This document shows, in pieces, positions 41,388-56,379 of a DNA stretch of 64,000 nucleotides. The position numbers were made by a program, and so were the translations under genes. Origin of the DNA: Octopus sinensis (taxonomy: Eukaryota); contig NC_043001.1 in NCBI RefSeq assembly GCF_006345805.1, positions 63,674,001 through 63,738,000 on the forward strand, read 5' to 3'. The notes beneath the pieces were generated by a model. It was not told where the DNA came from. It did no database searches and saw only the letters and a list, made by a program, of their open reading frames with translations. Within the stretch, counting starts at the first letter, position 1, and the number at the start of each line of letters is the position of its first letter.

Positions 41388-42337
41388 TGAGTGTGAGTGT
41401 GTATGTGTGCATACATACAGGCTATGGTAGAAGATACTTGTCCATGGTGCCGTTCAATAAGATTGAACCGCACAGCGACCCCAATATGTAACTGATGTTT
41501 ATATCTTGGCTATGGAGAGTTTAATTATATTGCTGACAATGTATTTAAACTAGAATCAACCATTGCAATCTTTTATAGGAGGAAGTCCATAACTTCTTGA
41601 ACCAATTCCAGTTAGTCGAGCAAGATAAAAACCTCCTTTGGATATGTCCTCCGAACACTGAAGTACAGAATTAATATACTTTAAGAAATAACATCCTTTA
41701 ACATTATAATTTTTCTTCTGCGTAGGATTTATATACTTATGGTAAGTGAAGGAGATATTTTAACGTTTGTGCCTTTCTCGATGGCATTAACATGTGTAAG
41801 TGAAGTGAAATTGGTTTCCTCATGACACATTTGCAAAATAATGTTTCTAAACATGTATTGGACAGTGGGATCACCACCTGAGGGTGGCCATTGTTCTCTT
41901 TTCCGTGTAAAGTTAATGTTTATCGTGTCGAATTAAAATCTTAATAATTAATTGGTTATGTTTTAAACTGAATAATTATTGTTTAGCTTATGGATTACTT
42001 TAATTATTAACTATATTAAAATTACGTTCTATCAAATATGTATGTTAAGTTAGTTGTGCCATGCGATATTCCAGCTGATGTTTTTTTTAGTGTTCAGCAA
42101 GTTATTGAGCTGACTTCAGAGGTTATCTGGCCCGTCTGGTAATGACATCCATACAGCCGTGGTAAAGTTCGGGTTCATTGTCTAACCATGATGATATAGT
42201 AGAATTCTTTTACACACTTCTCTATACTCTCCTCTGACTTTGCTCCCAAATATTTTAGTGATAAGTATTCAAAAGAAAAGTATTTTCTGATAACGCCAGG
42301 ATAAACTTATCTGGGTAGTCTATCTACGTGTTTTATA

Positions 42338-42550
42338 GCAATACAAACTGTTCTTAACTTGGCCCCACTACAATGTTACAGCAATACAATCTGCGACTAA
42401 TTAGGTCATACTATAGATGTTGTTGCAAAACCTACTATGGATATTTAGGTCACACTATACATGTTACGGCAATATATACTGCAACTAAGTAGGTCGCATT
42501 GTAAATGTTACAGGAATACAGGCTCTGACTAATTAGGTTACACTATGGAT
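42338..42550. repeat. Degenerate minisatellite, ~44-bp unit, ~5 copies
   Basis: GCAATAC-like unit starts at 42338, 42381, 42425, 42469 and 42513. Confidence 0.75.
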
Positions 42551-45500
42551 AGTCGTAGAAACGGCTTAAAGCCTCTCCTTGGTCAAGATTTACTGCTTTA
42601 CTTAAAACATTCCAATATCTTGTAAAATTTCGAACACCTGAAGATGCATTCGACACATATGGTTAACCATGACCAGAACTTCTACTTCAGAAGTTCGACG
42701 TCTTTGTAACAGCCATCTTACTCGGCGTGCACCCAATAATAATGTTCATGTTTTCCTTAAAATATATTCTGGTGTAAGTCAAATGGCACAGAAATTAGGT
42801 TTGGGTTTTGTCTCACCAAGAACTTACCTTCTTTCATCGATGTTGCTTGCCTCTTGGACTATTAATAATTATTGAAAAAAATGATAATTTGTTTATAAAG
42901 TAAAACAAGAAATTTGATTTTGAAATTATAATTCAGTTTTATTTTTCAGATTTGGTTAGCACTTGATTTCCAGAGTGAAAACGCCAGCCAAATACATTTT
43001 CAAGTTATTTCAGATAAGAAATTTTTTTAAAAAAATGATGCTAGGAGAAAACCCCAGAAACTAAGCAGCAACGCAGCCTTATTGGTATTATGGTGAGCGG
43101 AAGTGCAGATTAAGCATGTGGTTCCAGTAGATTCCATCTGCAGTTAGTACGCTTTTCTTCATTTTTGTTGTTTAATTTTCACCAAACGTTAAAAAACCAG
43201 CCAATAATTTCACTGATTCAAGTTCATTGAAGACTGTCTGAGTTTGGTCAGTGAATGTATTACCAAGTCCAAATGTTTTTGATTTCCAGTATATCGTTGG
43301 TTCGTTTTAAAGACATGTAATTGAAGATTTAAAAAATCTCAAATAATTCATTACATTTATTATTTATTGATTGATTAAAGTTTTTTGAAATGTTTTCTCC
43401 AAGAATAAAAACTGTTAAAATGCTGTTCTTCTTGAAGAAATTCTTTCCGAGGCTACCAAATAAGCGAATAACATGTAGTATAGCTCTTACTTTCCATACG
43501 TCTGTATGTTTTTTTTTTATGAACTTGTTCTATTGCAGTCTCTGTGACAGTATTCCCAGTTTTTTGGTTTTGCTTTTGAGACTTATCCGCTCATAAATCT
43601 TTCTTTTAAGATTAAGCTATCTGCAGTATTACAGTGTTTGTTGTTTTGAAATAAAAGCCGGGTAGAGCAAGACTCCATTGCTGGCTGGCATCGATTGACC
43701 AAAAATATATAAAAACTCTCTGAATATAATACGTTAAGGAAATTTATGAAAGAAAAACATACAAAAGTATTGTAAGTCAAGTTTAAAGAGATTATGGGAT
43801 TTAACTCAAACTGAAGTAAATCATATTAACAAGTCGTAATCGCAATATTATTAATAATATTAAACATATTACTAATAATGTGATTATTATTAATAAACTA
43901 TAATAGTAACTATAGTATATCTGAAAATTGTAGTTGTACGAAGATGGAACTCGCTGCATTCATAGCCTTAAACTCTGATCACTTCCTTTCAAACCCTCCG
44001 TTTATTCAAATTGAATTAGTCCATACAGGGTAACATTAGTTTTTAGACTAAATTTTAATAACTAGTGAAATTAGTACTAAGCATGTCAACCAACCAAAGT
44101 GATATTCGTGAAATTTAATGAGGTTACCAAACGTATATCTACAAATATAAATTTTCCTTTTTTAAACTTATTATTTATGAGAAGTCAAAATATTATTTCT
44201 GTTCTGAGTTCAAATCTCTCTGATGATTCCAGTGAGACAGAACATTAGATTACATCGAATTCATTCATACTTCCTACAACAGTGGCAAGAAATCATTTTA
44301 AGATTAACGTCAACTATAAACTCGGAATTGTGGTCTGACGAAGTTCTTGTAAAACAAAGAACGTATTAGATAATGTAGTCCTAGATAAACTGTGTCTAAA
44401 TAAAATACAGGAGACAGAAGATAATGTAGTTCTAAACTGACTGTGTCTGAAAGATAAATATAGGACTGACATGATTAGAATGCATTTGACGACAAGCCTA
44501 CTAGATCAGGGTCGATCTGGGTTTAAATGAACTGAGTTGCTATTAGTATTAATGCAGATTTTATATTAAGTATAACAGAGACTGAAGAGGAGTTCCTCCA
44601 CTATAACAACAAACAGCGGCCACAACAACGACAATACAACACATGAATTTCATTCCAATTACGAAACTGAATTCCCCACAATAAATGAAACAATACCAAA
44701 GACATTAACTAACAGCATCAACAATAAAACAACAAGCATGAATATTACCTACTCCACCACCACCATCACTGCAACAACAAAAACTATAATAAGGGGGAAA
44801 AAAGCAAGACCAACTTAAACGGCAACGATATTTACATTGTGAATAACAATGAAACCCCCAAAACCAAACAAATCAAACATAAAACACAATAAGGTACATT
44901 GCCCAACACCAACACTCATTAAAAAAAGCAGAAAATATACACCCACATCTACAGCAACATCAACCCCTCCAACATCACAATCCAACACATTCACCGCTAT
45001 CACAAACAGCTCCACCAATATTATCATAACTGCATCAGCCCTGGAAAGAACCCTCTACCACTACCGATAGCAACAACCAGCCGTACAAACACAAAACTTC
45101 GTAATTGTGAGGAGGGCCAACAAAGAATTAATGACTCTCATTGCACCCTCATTAAACAAATCCCTGTTTTCTATTCAGATCGTATCACCGCCACTACTGT
45201 CGCCACCTCCTGCTTACTCTATTTTATTTTTGATGACATTTTAACTAGAATTAAAGGAAAAGATGTGGAAAAAGTGGCTCCAAACATTTAGTGTTAAACT
45301 GATACTTATTTTATCGACCCCGAGAGGATGAAAGGTAATGTCGACCTCGGCGGAATTTCAACTCAGAACGTAACGACGGAATAAATACCGCTAAGCATAT
45401 TACCTGGAATGCTAACGATTCTGCTGGCTCACTCAATAATAATAATTATTATTTTAATTATTATTATTCCGCCGTTCATCCTTTCATCCTTTCGGGGTCG

Positions 45501-46205
45501 ATAAAATAAGTACCAGTTACGCACTGGAGTCAATATAATCGACTTAATCCCTTCCCCCAAGTTGTGCTTCCAGTAGAAAGGATCATTATTATTATTATTA
45601 TTGCGGCGAGCTGACAGAATCGTTAGCACTCCAGGTAAATGCAGCATTTCGTCCGTCTTTACATTCTGAGTTCAAATTCCGCCGAGGTCGACTTTGACTT
45701 TCATCCTTTTGGGTCGATAAATTAAGTACTAGGGAAACATTGGGGTCGATGTAATCGATTTATCCTCTCTCCCAAAATTGCCGCCCTTGTGGCAAAATTT
45801 GAAACCATTATTTTTATGTAATCGACTATCCCCCTCTCACAAATTTCAGACCTTGTGCCTCTAGTAGAAAGAATTATCATTAATATTTCTATCGAGACCG
45901 TTTTGAAAAAATCAGTTACCATTCGAATACTGGGATGTATGAAATCAATTGTAACCACTTCAACTCATGTAGCTTTGTGGTTGCATTATTATTCATTATC
46001 TTTCACATAATGACGTTTGTATATAGAACAAACGAATTCGTTGATCTCGAACTCCCAGTGCTGACCGTTTCAACACAGCAGCAACCCTACTGTATAGCGA
46101 AAAGTACAACATACGAAACAAGATTTGCATCACATTTAATTACCATAGAAAGTAAGTTTGGACCTGCATATAGTTATACAAGACACGTAAGATTATGTAT
46201 GTATA

Positions 46206-46424
46206 CAGTAATCCCTCGTCATATCGCGGTTCACCTACCCTGGTTTATTATTATTATGTTGATTCCTCTGTGGTGTTGTTTTGTATTTATAATAAAATAA
46301 ATATATACAAATTATAAAAATAATAATAATAATAATAAATATACAGCACAGTTTCTACTTCGCAGATTTTCACCTATCGCGGTGTTTTTGGAACGTAACA
46401 CACGAAATAGTCGAGGGCTTACTG
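46206..46424. mobile_element. Tigger/pogo-like MITE
   Basis: TA|CAGTAATCCCTCG ... CGAGGGCTTACTG|TA. Confidence 0.8.
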
Positions 46425-47765
46425 TACATATTTGCATGCATACATAGTACATACATACATGTATAAGACTAATCTGATGAGACCAACACTCAAATAAAGA
46501 CAGATCAAGAGAAAGAATGCGAATGATCAGGTTCAACCACATGAGGAGAATAATGTGCGCAATGGAAATACTTTTCACCAAGCAAGGACAAGCAATGAAG
46601 AAGAATTGGTGACAGATTAAAGCAACTGATATGAATGACATAAGAGGTTTCGTCAGTGTGACTAAAGCATTGAATGGTATATGTACAATGGGTTCTACAC
46701 GGTTTAGATGGTACAAAACGTATAAAAGAACAAGCAGCTGCTAATGATTGAGTGTTAAAATATTTCTACGATTTGTTTAATTGTGACTGTACGAAAGATC
46801 TCTGGACAACATTGTACAAAGGTCAATGCTGAAATTCTTAGCCACATCACCTGACATTAGAAAAACCCAACAAAAGCAATTTACTCCCTAAAGACTAACA
46901 AGTCACTCGAACTTGACAATATTTGACTGAGAGAACTGGAGTAAAACAGGTAGGTGTGATTGCATCTACCCTCTTTTTCATCTTCCTCTCAGTTATACTC
47001 GGGTTTTGTCCACATAAATAGCAAGATATTTAATCTTGTCAGACTCCGTACTAAACAGGAAAAATACGACTACGTCGATAATTAAGCTTCAGTATTACAT
47101 TGATGCCACAGTTGGTGCTTCTGCAGACAATTACCGATATTTTCCATGCAATATTTGAAAGATGGGTTTTAATTACCAACATAACTAAAACAAAGGTGTT
47201 ACATGATCAAATCCCAAACATGTAAGAACTTATTCCAACTATTTGGCTTTTTGGGTTGGAGGTCTAAAATGTTGAATACTTCCAAGATGTGGGCAGACAC
47301 AACACTACATAAAAAAGGTTTGAGTACAATCCTTGCTCCCCTGAAAAGACGAGTAAATGACGATGATGACACGAAACAACTAAATTTTACATTTTGGGGG
47401 GGTTTTTTCACTATCAGTTTTTAAAAGAATGAAAAAGTAAGTCTGAAGAGAATAAATGAAATTCTTCAGAGATGTCCTTAAGAAGATAACAGTGAATTCG
47501 AGTGGGAATTGACGGTGGAATACTGACGTAACTGGAGGTGGCTCATCAATGATGAAGGTCATTACTTCAATACGATTCAGATTGACTTTTCTATCTTTGT
47601 ATGTATGTGTGTGTATGTCTATGTATACACACACACACACACACACACTCATATTACAGCCATGTATGTATATATATAAATATATTTAGTGAATCCAAAC
47701 ATGAACAAAGAGAAAACCCAAGTATAGTGTTATTGGACGCTCAGGAAAGGAAAGAAAGAAGAAGG

Positions 47766-47800
47766 ATTTAACGTTTCGAGCGGAGCTCTTAGTCAGAAAC
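47766..47800 (-). ncRNA. Degenerate minimal PLE-type hammerhead (family F)
   Basis: Minus strand: gttt-CTGACTA-a-gagc-tcc-gctc-GAAACGTT-aaat. The core G8 appears mutated. Confidence 0.55.
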
Positions 47801-47860
47801 ATAGAAAGGTCCAAGGAAGGGAAGGCGGAGAAAGAAAATCGCCAATGATACACACGCGGT

Positions 47861-47869
<9 letters not shown>

Positions 47870-47891
<22 letters not shown>

Positions 47892-47949
47892 GTATGTATG
47901 TATGTTATATATATAATATTATATATATATATATATATATGCATGTATG

Positions 47950-48014
<65 letters not shown>

Positions 48015-48400
48015 TGTATGTTATATATATAATATATATACATATATTTATGTATTTATAAATAATATATGCAATATATATAAAATATATGTATATAAAT
48101 ATATGTATATTCATATATATATATATGTGTATGTAATATATATATATGTATATAAACATATATATATATGTGTGTGTGTGTGTGTGCGTATGTATATAAA
48201 CATATATAATATATGTGTATTGTATATAATATAATATATATATGTGTGTGTGTATGTATAAATAAAATATATATATATATATATGTGTTGTGTGTTGGTG
48301 TTGTGTATGTCTATAAATATATATATATATATGTATAAACATTATATAATATATATATATATATATAGTATATATAAACATATATATATATATGTATATA

Positions 48401-48446
<46 letters not shown>

Positions 48447-48538
48447 TATATTATATATAAACATATATTATATATTATGTATATATAATAAACATGTATA
48501 TATATATATATATTATATATATATTATATAATATATAT

Positions 48539-48599
<61 letters not shown>

Positions 48600-48653
48600 A
48601 CATATATATATATATATAAACATATATATTATATATAAACATATATATATATA

Positions 48654-48692
<39 letters not shown>

Positions 48693-48764
48693 ATATATAT
48701 ATATATAAAAATAATATATATATATATATATATATATAAACATATATATATATATATATATATA

Positions 48765-48803
<39 letters not shown>

Positions 48804-49694
48804 ATATATATATATTACATATATATATATGTATATAAACATATATATATATATATGTATATAAACATTATATATATATATATGTATATAAACATTTATA
48901 TATATTATATATGTATATAACATTTATATATATATATGTATATACATATATATATATGTGTATAAACATATATATATATGTGTGTATATAAACATATATA
49001 TATATATGTGTATATAAACAATATATATGTGTATATAAACATATATATATATGTATATAAATTTATATATATATGTATATAAATATATGTATATATATGT
49101 ATATAACATATATCTATATATATATAAACATATTATATATAAACATATATATATTATACATAAACTATATATATATATAAACATATATATTATATACATA
49201 AACATATACTATATATAAACATATATATATATATAATCATATATATATATATATATATATTATATATGTTTATATACATATATATATATATATGTTTATA
49301 TACATATATATATATATATGTTTATATACATATATATATATATGTTTATATACATATATATATTATATATGTATATATACATATATATATATATGTAATA
49401 AACATATACATATATATGTATATAAACATATATATATATATATGTATATAAACATTATATATATATGTATATAAACATATATATATATATATATATATAT
49501 ATAAACATATATATATATGTATATAAACCATATATATTATATATGTATATAAACATTATATATATATATGTATATAAATATATATATATATATGTATATA
49601 AACATATATATAAACATTATATATACTATATATATATATATATATATATATGTAGATAAACATATATATATTATATTATATATATATATATATA

Positions 49695-49737
<43 letters not shown>

Positions 49738-49822
49738 ATATATATAAACATATATATATATATATAAACATATATATATATATATATTATATATATATAT
49801 ATATACATACATACATATATAA

Positions 49823-49864
<42 letters not shown>

Positions 49865-49890
49865 TATATAAATTATATATATATACACGT
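47870..49890. repeat. (TA)n / TATATAAACA-type low-complexity satellite
   Basis: Direct reading. Confidence 0.9.
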
Positions 49891-51330
49891 ATGTACACGT
49901 GTGTGTGTGTGTGTGTGTACAACTGCAGTATACATCTTACCGCTTCATTCACAAAAATTTCTCACCCATTCACAAATATGAATCTCTACTCTATTCACCA
50001 AATCTTCGCACCACACATATATCCGACCACCACCACGCATACAACACTAGAAGTGTATGTCAAGAAAAATGGTAAGAAAAATGAAGAAATAAACAATATT
50101 ATAACAAATATTAAAATGACACGTGCTCATATTAATGCCGGCAACAAAAGCAATAAGAATAAAAACTGAAGAATTAAGACATCAAAATGGCAGTAAAAGG
50201 ATACAAATAAGAATACTGAAGTCAGTCGGCAAACAATTCCATGATGGAATTAGTTCAGATTTGTTGTACATCTTTCATCATCTACTATTATATATGTATG
50301 TATATATATATATATATATATAGATATATCTATATATATATATATATATATATATACATAATTGACTTCAGTTTTTCTTTCAGGAACAGCTGTTCACATC
50401 TGTTTTTGTCTGTTTGTTGTTTTGTTGGAGTGTTATTGTTTTGTTTATTTTGGTCCTTCGACAAGACACTTAACGTTGTTTTTACCAAAATTTAACAAAT
50501 ATTAAATGTAACCAAATTTATTTCCAAGATGAAGATTCTAGTCATAGATTTTTAAAGTTTATTTTCTTCATGCAAATATTCATTTTCAAAACAAATCATT
50601 GTTTTTCTTGTTTTTGTTTTTTGTTCTGTTTTGTTATTGTTTGTTTGACGATCTTTCACACATTTCCAAAGTTGTTGTTAAAGAAGACTTGGTTGTTTCA
50701 ACTACGACCTGTGATGTTGGTCTCTGGTTTATAAAGTTCCAAACAATTATGTTTCCAGCAAAACTACAAACACGGCAGGACTAACGCTTGGCTTTTGCCT
50801 TTAAAATTTTTTCTTGTTAAAACGTTTGATTAATGTGAATAACAGAGAGATAAAATTACTGAGAGAACACCGGTTGGTGATATAGTGTGACTGTCGTTGG
50901 CATATTGATCTTTGTGATCATCAATCAATCAATGATAAACAATATGATGGCTGGATTATTGTTTAACTGGTGAACTAACTGGATTATAAACAGGATATCG
51001 ATAGAGAAGGTGCAGAGTAGGTTTGTTTTCCTCCAAATAATTTTCACAATTTAAAAATATATAAAAATAAAAAAGATTAGAGATGTTCCACTAATCTTAA
51101 TTACATCTTTTTTTAATTAACTGCTCTTTATTGTTAACAGCGTTGTTTAATGCTGCTTGCATTGTCATTATTAGAAATAATGTTTGTCTGGCTAGTTATG
51201 GCTAGTATTCGCTTTTAAATAATATCTGGCTGAAAACATTAAATTTCTTACCTTTCTCGTGAGGGGAGAAAATAAAATTGCAAAAGAGTCAGGTCGGACG
51301 GGAAGGAGAAAGTTATGAGGCAGTTGCATT

Positions 51331-51855
51331 TTAATACAATGCTACATCGTTGTAAGCATCGTCTAAATCTTTAATGAGTTGGTTATATTTATCCTTCTCT
51401 TCGTTCAATGAGACTTCCATTTTCTCCAGATCTTCTTCCAGTTTGGTCACCGTTCGTTCGGCGTTTGTTGCCCTCAACTCGGCTTCCTTCAGCTTCTCCT
51501 GGTTTGTTACTTCTTCGGTCTTTTTCACAGACAAAGCTTCATCACTTCTCTCAAGTTGTAACTCCAACATTTGTATCCTCCTTTGCAAGTTCTGGATCTC
51601 TGTATCACACTCGCTAACTCTTTCTTCGGCGTAGTGCATCATGTCCTGGGCTTTAGACAGGTCATTGTTCACAGTATCCAGTTCTTTCTCCATGTTAGAA
51701 TATTTCTTTTGTAACCAGTTCAGTTCCTCATCCAAGCGGCCTCTTTCGGTCTCGGTGGACTTCAGTTTTTCCTCAATGACCTCCACCTTGTCCATAGCAG
51801 TTTCTTTGGCCACTCTGATGGCCTGGACTTTTTTCAGATATGTGTCACGATCCAT
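51331..51855 (-). CDS. Short intronless tropomyosin-like coiled-coil protein (174 aa)
   Basis: KKVQAIR start, LQRRIQMLELQLERS (cf. LNRRIQLLEEDLER), KLKEAELRATNAERTVTKLE (cf. [20 protein letters not shown]). GCCATGG Kozak context; uninterrupted ORF. Confidence 0.85.
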   Translation of the reverse strand: MDRDTYLKKVQAIRVAKETAMDKVEVIEEKLKSTETERGRLDEELNWLQKKYSNMEKELDTVNNDLSKAQDMMHYAEERVSECDTEIQNLQRRIQMLELQLERSDEALSVKKTEEVTNQEKLKEAELRATNAERTVTKLEEDLEKMEVSLNEEKDKYNQLIKDLDDAYNDVALY

Positions 51856-53324
51856 GGCTAAAGTTTACTGTCAATCGGAGAAGAAAGAAAGTTTATTAAA
51901 AATTCCACTCGAAGGAACCGGTTCGAGTTGAGAAGAAACGAAGAAAACGCACTCCGCTCTCTGGCTGCAGAAATATGGAACTGAGAGAATTGTCTTCCGA
52001 CTGGCAGTACACCTGCTACTACTCAGCTGTCTTCACCCCTTCCTTCCTCTCAAGCATTACCTCCTCCCTTATCTCTTTTACTGTACATCACCCCACCGCC
52101 ACTCATGTAGATAAATGAGGGTGAGGGGGTACGAAGAGTTCTCAACCCCATCCCTTCTTCTATTAGTTAATATGGTTAATACTAAGGTAGAGGCAGCAGT
52201 GGCGGTGAAACTCATTACTCATTTATTTATTTATTTAGTCTTACAGCGAAGTTTCAGTTTTTATTTAATTATTTATTATTATTATTATTTCTTTTTTTTT
52301 TGTATTTCCATATTTTTATTGGTGAAACAAACCTCTTTACTTTGTTCCGCAACTATTCACCCATACATACACACTCTCTTTCTCTGCCCCCTCTCTTTCA
52401 TTCTCCCTCTCAAATCACGCGCGCGCACATGCACAAACACACATTTATGTAAACAGAGAGCACTCTTTAAAAGGATGACGAGGTGAGATGGCTGGGTATA
52501 TGTATATCTAGACGCACCCGTACATATACATTCATAAAACATACATACATACATACATACATATGTGTGTGTATCTATCTATCTATTTTATATGTGTGTG
52601 TGTGTATTATGGGAAGGGGTTTATTCATTAGTTTGGGTGAGAGGCAGTGAGAGAGAATAAAGGCGTGTACGTCTGGAGACGTGATGATGTAAAAGGTGGA
52701 GGGTGGGATTAAAATATTGGCAACAGTCAGTTGCAGTTATCTCCCTTTAATCAATTTTCAGCTAAAACCAAACTTATTATTATTTTTTTTTCGTTAAATT
52801 TACATTCTTGGAGTCGAAGAATTATTTGAACATTGGACAAAATGTCTTCTGGCATTTGTTTGCTTTTTACGTTCTGAATTCACTTCCTATGGAGGGCATC
52901 TTAGCCTTTCACCCCTAAAGTGTTGATAGATTAAACTCGTTAGTAGCTAAGCACTGGGGGTTAATTTAAACGTTATTAATGGGCTACCTTGTTACAGTAG
53001 GACCTAACTATTTCCCATGTAGTAGGGTTCCGGCTACAGGTGAAGTGGTGTACAGGGCCAGATACACTGCAAGACACCATTATTATCAGTAGAACCGTCA
53101 ATTATTGTCAACACATCATTTTCACACACACACACGCACATACACATCCCCCCGCACAACATAAAGCTTATTATTCACCGCATATACTGACACCAACACA
53201 CATACATGTTATCAATCGTACACACACACACACGTACACAGGTACAAAGACATACTATCATTCACACATACATACACATCATAAAGCGGGCCACATTATT
53301 CAGACTGTATCACACACACATGTA

Positions 53325-53396
<72 letters not shown>

Positions 53397-53564
53397 CTCT
53401 ATTTCCCGTTCTCTTGCATTCTCTCCCTTTTCCCATTAAAAAGAATCATGTATAAGAAAAACAAAAATGTTTTTTTCTCCATGCGATTTCTTTTTTTTTT
53501 TATGCTGTTGCAGCTTCACTACCACAACCAGCAATTGCATCATCATCATCATCTCATCATCAGC

Positions 53565-53659
<95 letters not shown>

Positions 53660-53971
53660 CGGCGGTGGGGTGGTGATGGTGGTGTGTGGTATTAGGGGTG
53701 GCAATGATGATGGTGACGATGGTGGTGGAGATGGTAGGGTGTTCCGTTGCTACTATTTTTGGTGTTGTTGTTGTAACAGTAAACACAAATAGTGATGGAA
53801 TGTGGACACCTTAGGTTTTTGTACATGCTGGAAGTGGCTGCAACTGTTTCGTTGTTCTTCTTCTTCTAGTGACGGTGGCGGTGACGTAATAATTAAAAGT
53901 GTTGACATGTTGATGTTCGTGCTAGTTATAATGATGTCGGAGATATTGTGCTTATAATAGTTAAAACTGTT

Positions 53972-54050
<79 letters not shown>

Positions 54051-54147
54051 ACACATACACACGTACATATATATATATATATATATATATGCATGTATGT
54101 ATAAATACATATATATATAATATATATATATGCATGTATGTATAAAT

Positions 54148-54178
<31 letters not shown>

Positions 54179-54217
54179 CATACATATATATATATATATA
54201 TGCATGTATGTATAAAT

Positions 54218-54288
<71 letters not shown>

Positions 54289-54479
54289 CACTGTCCCTGC
54301 TTCCGTTATGTTTATACGTATCCCAGCCAACCATTACAACTGCCACATCCACCCACGTCCCCAACATCTCAACCACCATCTTAACCACTCCGCCACCATC
54401 TTCTCACTCTTACCTTTTAAGTTTTCTAGTTTCAAATAACAATAATTGAAACAAATCCGTTTTACTCAAATAGTAATCC

Positions 54480-54539
<60 letters not shown>

Positions 54540-54860
54540 ACTCACATACACACACACATACACACACACATATCCATGTATAGTTAATCTTTTCCTTTCC
54601 TCCCCGTCTCTCTTTCTCTCCCATCTCTCCCTTTCCCCTTCCCTCTAACACTTTGTTACAGATGCTCACCCACACACTTTACTTCCAATTTTTTTAAATA
54701 TTATCTCAGATGCATACATACAAATACACATACACTTTATAGACACTAACACACACATACACTCACACATACATACACATTTACATACGTATACATATAC
54801 ACTCTTACTTATACACATACCTGCAAACATACATGCACACATTCATACACACATGCACAA

Positions 54861-55988
54861 ACGGGGGTGATCGAGCTAAATTTGACAATTTTTTATGTCT
54901 CCTTTTTTCAGTAATACCTTGATGTATTGTTGAAAAGTCAACGGCGTTGGTGACTATATAGATTAAAGTTGTAGTTGGGAAAAAGTGAGCTGACATGGAG
55001 GACTGGGAGTCATCTGAATATTGGGAAAGAGTACCTGTATCATGATTATTCACGCTGGCTATCAGCATACCGACACCATGACAGCTGCTCAATGTTTTCT
55101 TAATACTGTAAAGGCTATAAGAGGTGACATGGACAACTGCAGCGAAGACTACGAAGCTGTAGCCAGCATGAAGGAACACAACAGGCGTTCTGACTCCGTC
55201 CGCACGCCTAAATTTATCCAACAACTGTAAGACAAGGTGATAGAAGATCCAAGGAAAGAAATGTAGGCTTTGGCGAGAAAAATGAAGCTGGCCCTGAATG
55301 AGAACCTTCGCTACCACTCGTACAAGAGTCACATGGGACAAATTCAGACAGTCAAAGCCAAGGAGAACCGCTTGACGAAGGCAAAGAAGTTCCTGAACAT
55401 GCTGAGGCATCCTGTTGAACCGGGGATGATCTGGTTCTTCTTAAATGAAAAAAACTTCAGCCAGAGCCAGTTGCAAAGGGTCTTAGGCTCAATTCAGACG
55501 GTTATGTGGAGCTGCTGGAAACTAATCAAACCCGGGCTTGAAAGGATTATTACTGGAAGACCATATGTGTAGTAGCAGGAGTTTGCACCTTGCTATACTT
55601 CTAGAAAGAGTTAAAACTGATTGTAGGAGAATTTCTACGATTTCACCAGGCTCAATTACTGCCCTCCCAATTTTCCCGATTGTAATCCCATGGATTACTA
55701 TGTGCGGAGCGAAGTTGAAAGAGACACCAGCCGCTCTACCTGAAATACCAAGGCGGGGCTGGTGGCGAAGATCAGGGAGATGTTCGAAGATTTTCGCAAG
55801 GACGCAGTGAGTAACACATGCACCAGGTACTGGAGCCGTCTGAAATCGTGGTAGCAGTTGGGGGCAGCTACTTTGAATAAATTATTATCTCCCAGTTTAT
55901 ATTTTTGATTTTTTTTAATATTTTTATTTTGGATGGGATATTTTGTTTGCTTTTCCTTTTATGAAAACTGTCCAAATTGAACCCCCCA
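54861..55988 (+). mobile_element. Decayed Tc1/mariner-superfamily transposon
   Basis: IWFFLNEKNF (cf. WFSDEK), PPNFPDCNPMDYYV (cf. SPDLNPxD), weak inverted ends, stops. Confidence 0.8.
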
Positions 55989-56006
55989 AAAAACTCTCTG
56001 TGTGTG

Positions 56007-56044
<38 letters not shown>

Positions 56045-56379
56045 TTACAAGGAAAGATTCATATATATGTATATACATTCATGAATATATATACACACAT
56101 CCATGCAATCTTCTATCTTGACACATGTATGCATGCATTCATTCATACATACTTATCTCAGCCCTGTGAAGGAAATACAAAGGCAAAATGAAAGGAACTG
56201 TAGAGATAAAAACAATTAATGTCACCCACACTTCTTTTTGTCAATGACATCAAACTGTGTTTAAGTAATAGTCACGACACCAAGAAGCAGTTAAAACCAG
56301 TCACAACATTGTCGTAGAACATAGGAATAGAATTTAGTCAGGTTAAGTGTTCATATTTAGTAATCAAATGAATGGCTTG

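Noticed and set aside
42338-42550. Periodic repeat considered as CRISPR-like
   Set aside because: Whole units are degenerate tandem copies without unique spacers, in a eukaryotic context.
44335-44370. CTGACGA followed by a gttctt/aagaac hairpin
   Set aside because: No GAAA or stem I/III follows, so it is not a hammerhead.
29345-50500. Numerous YI/IY/HT/CV-repeat ORFs
   Set aside because: Translations of (TA)n and (CA)n microsatellites.
53040-53792. 250-aa ORF with Ser/Leu/His runs
   Set aside because: Concatenated (CA), (CT), (CAG) and (TAG) repeats.
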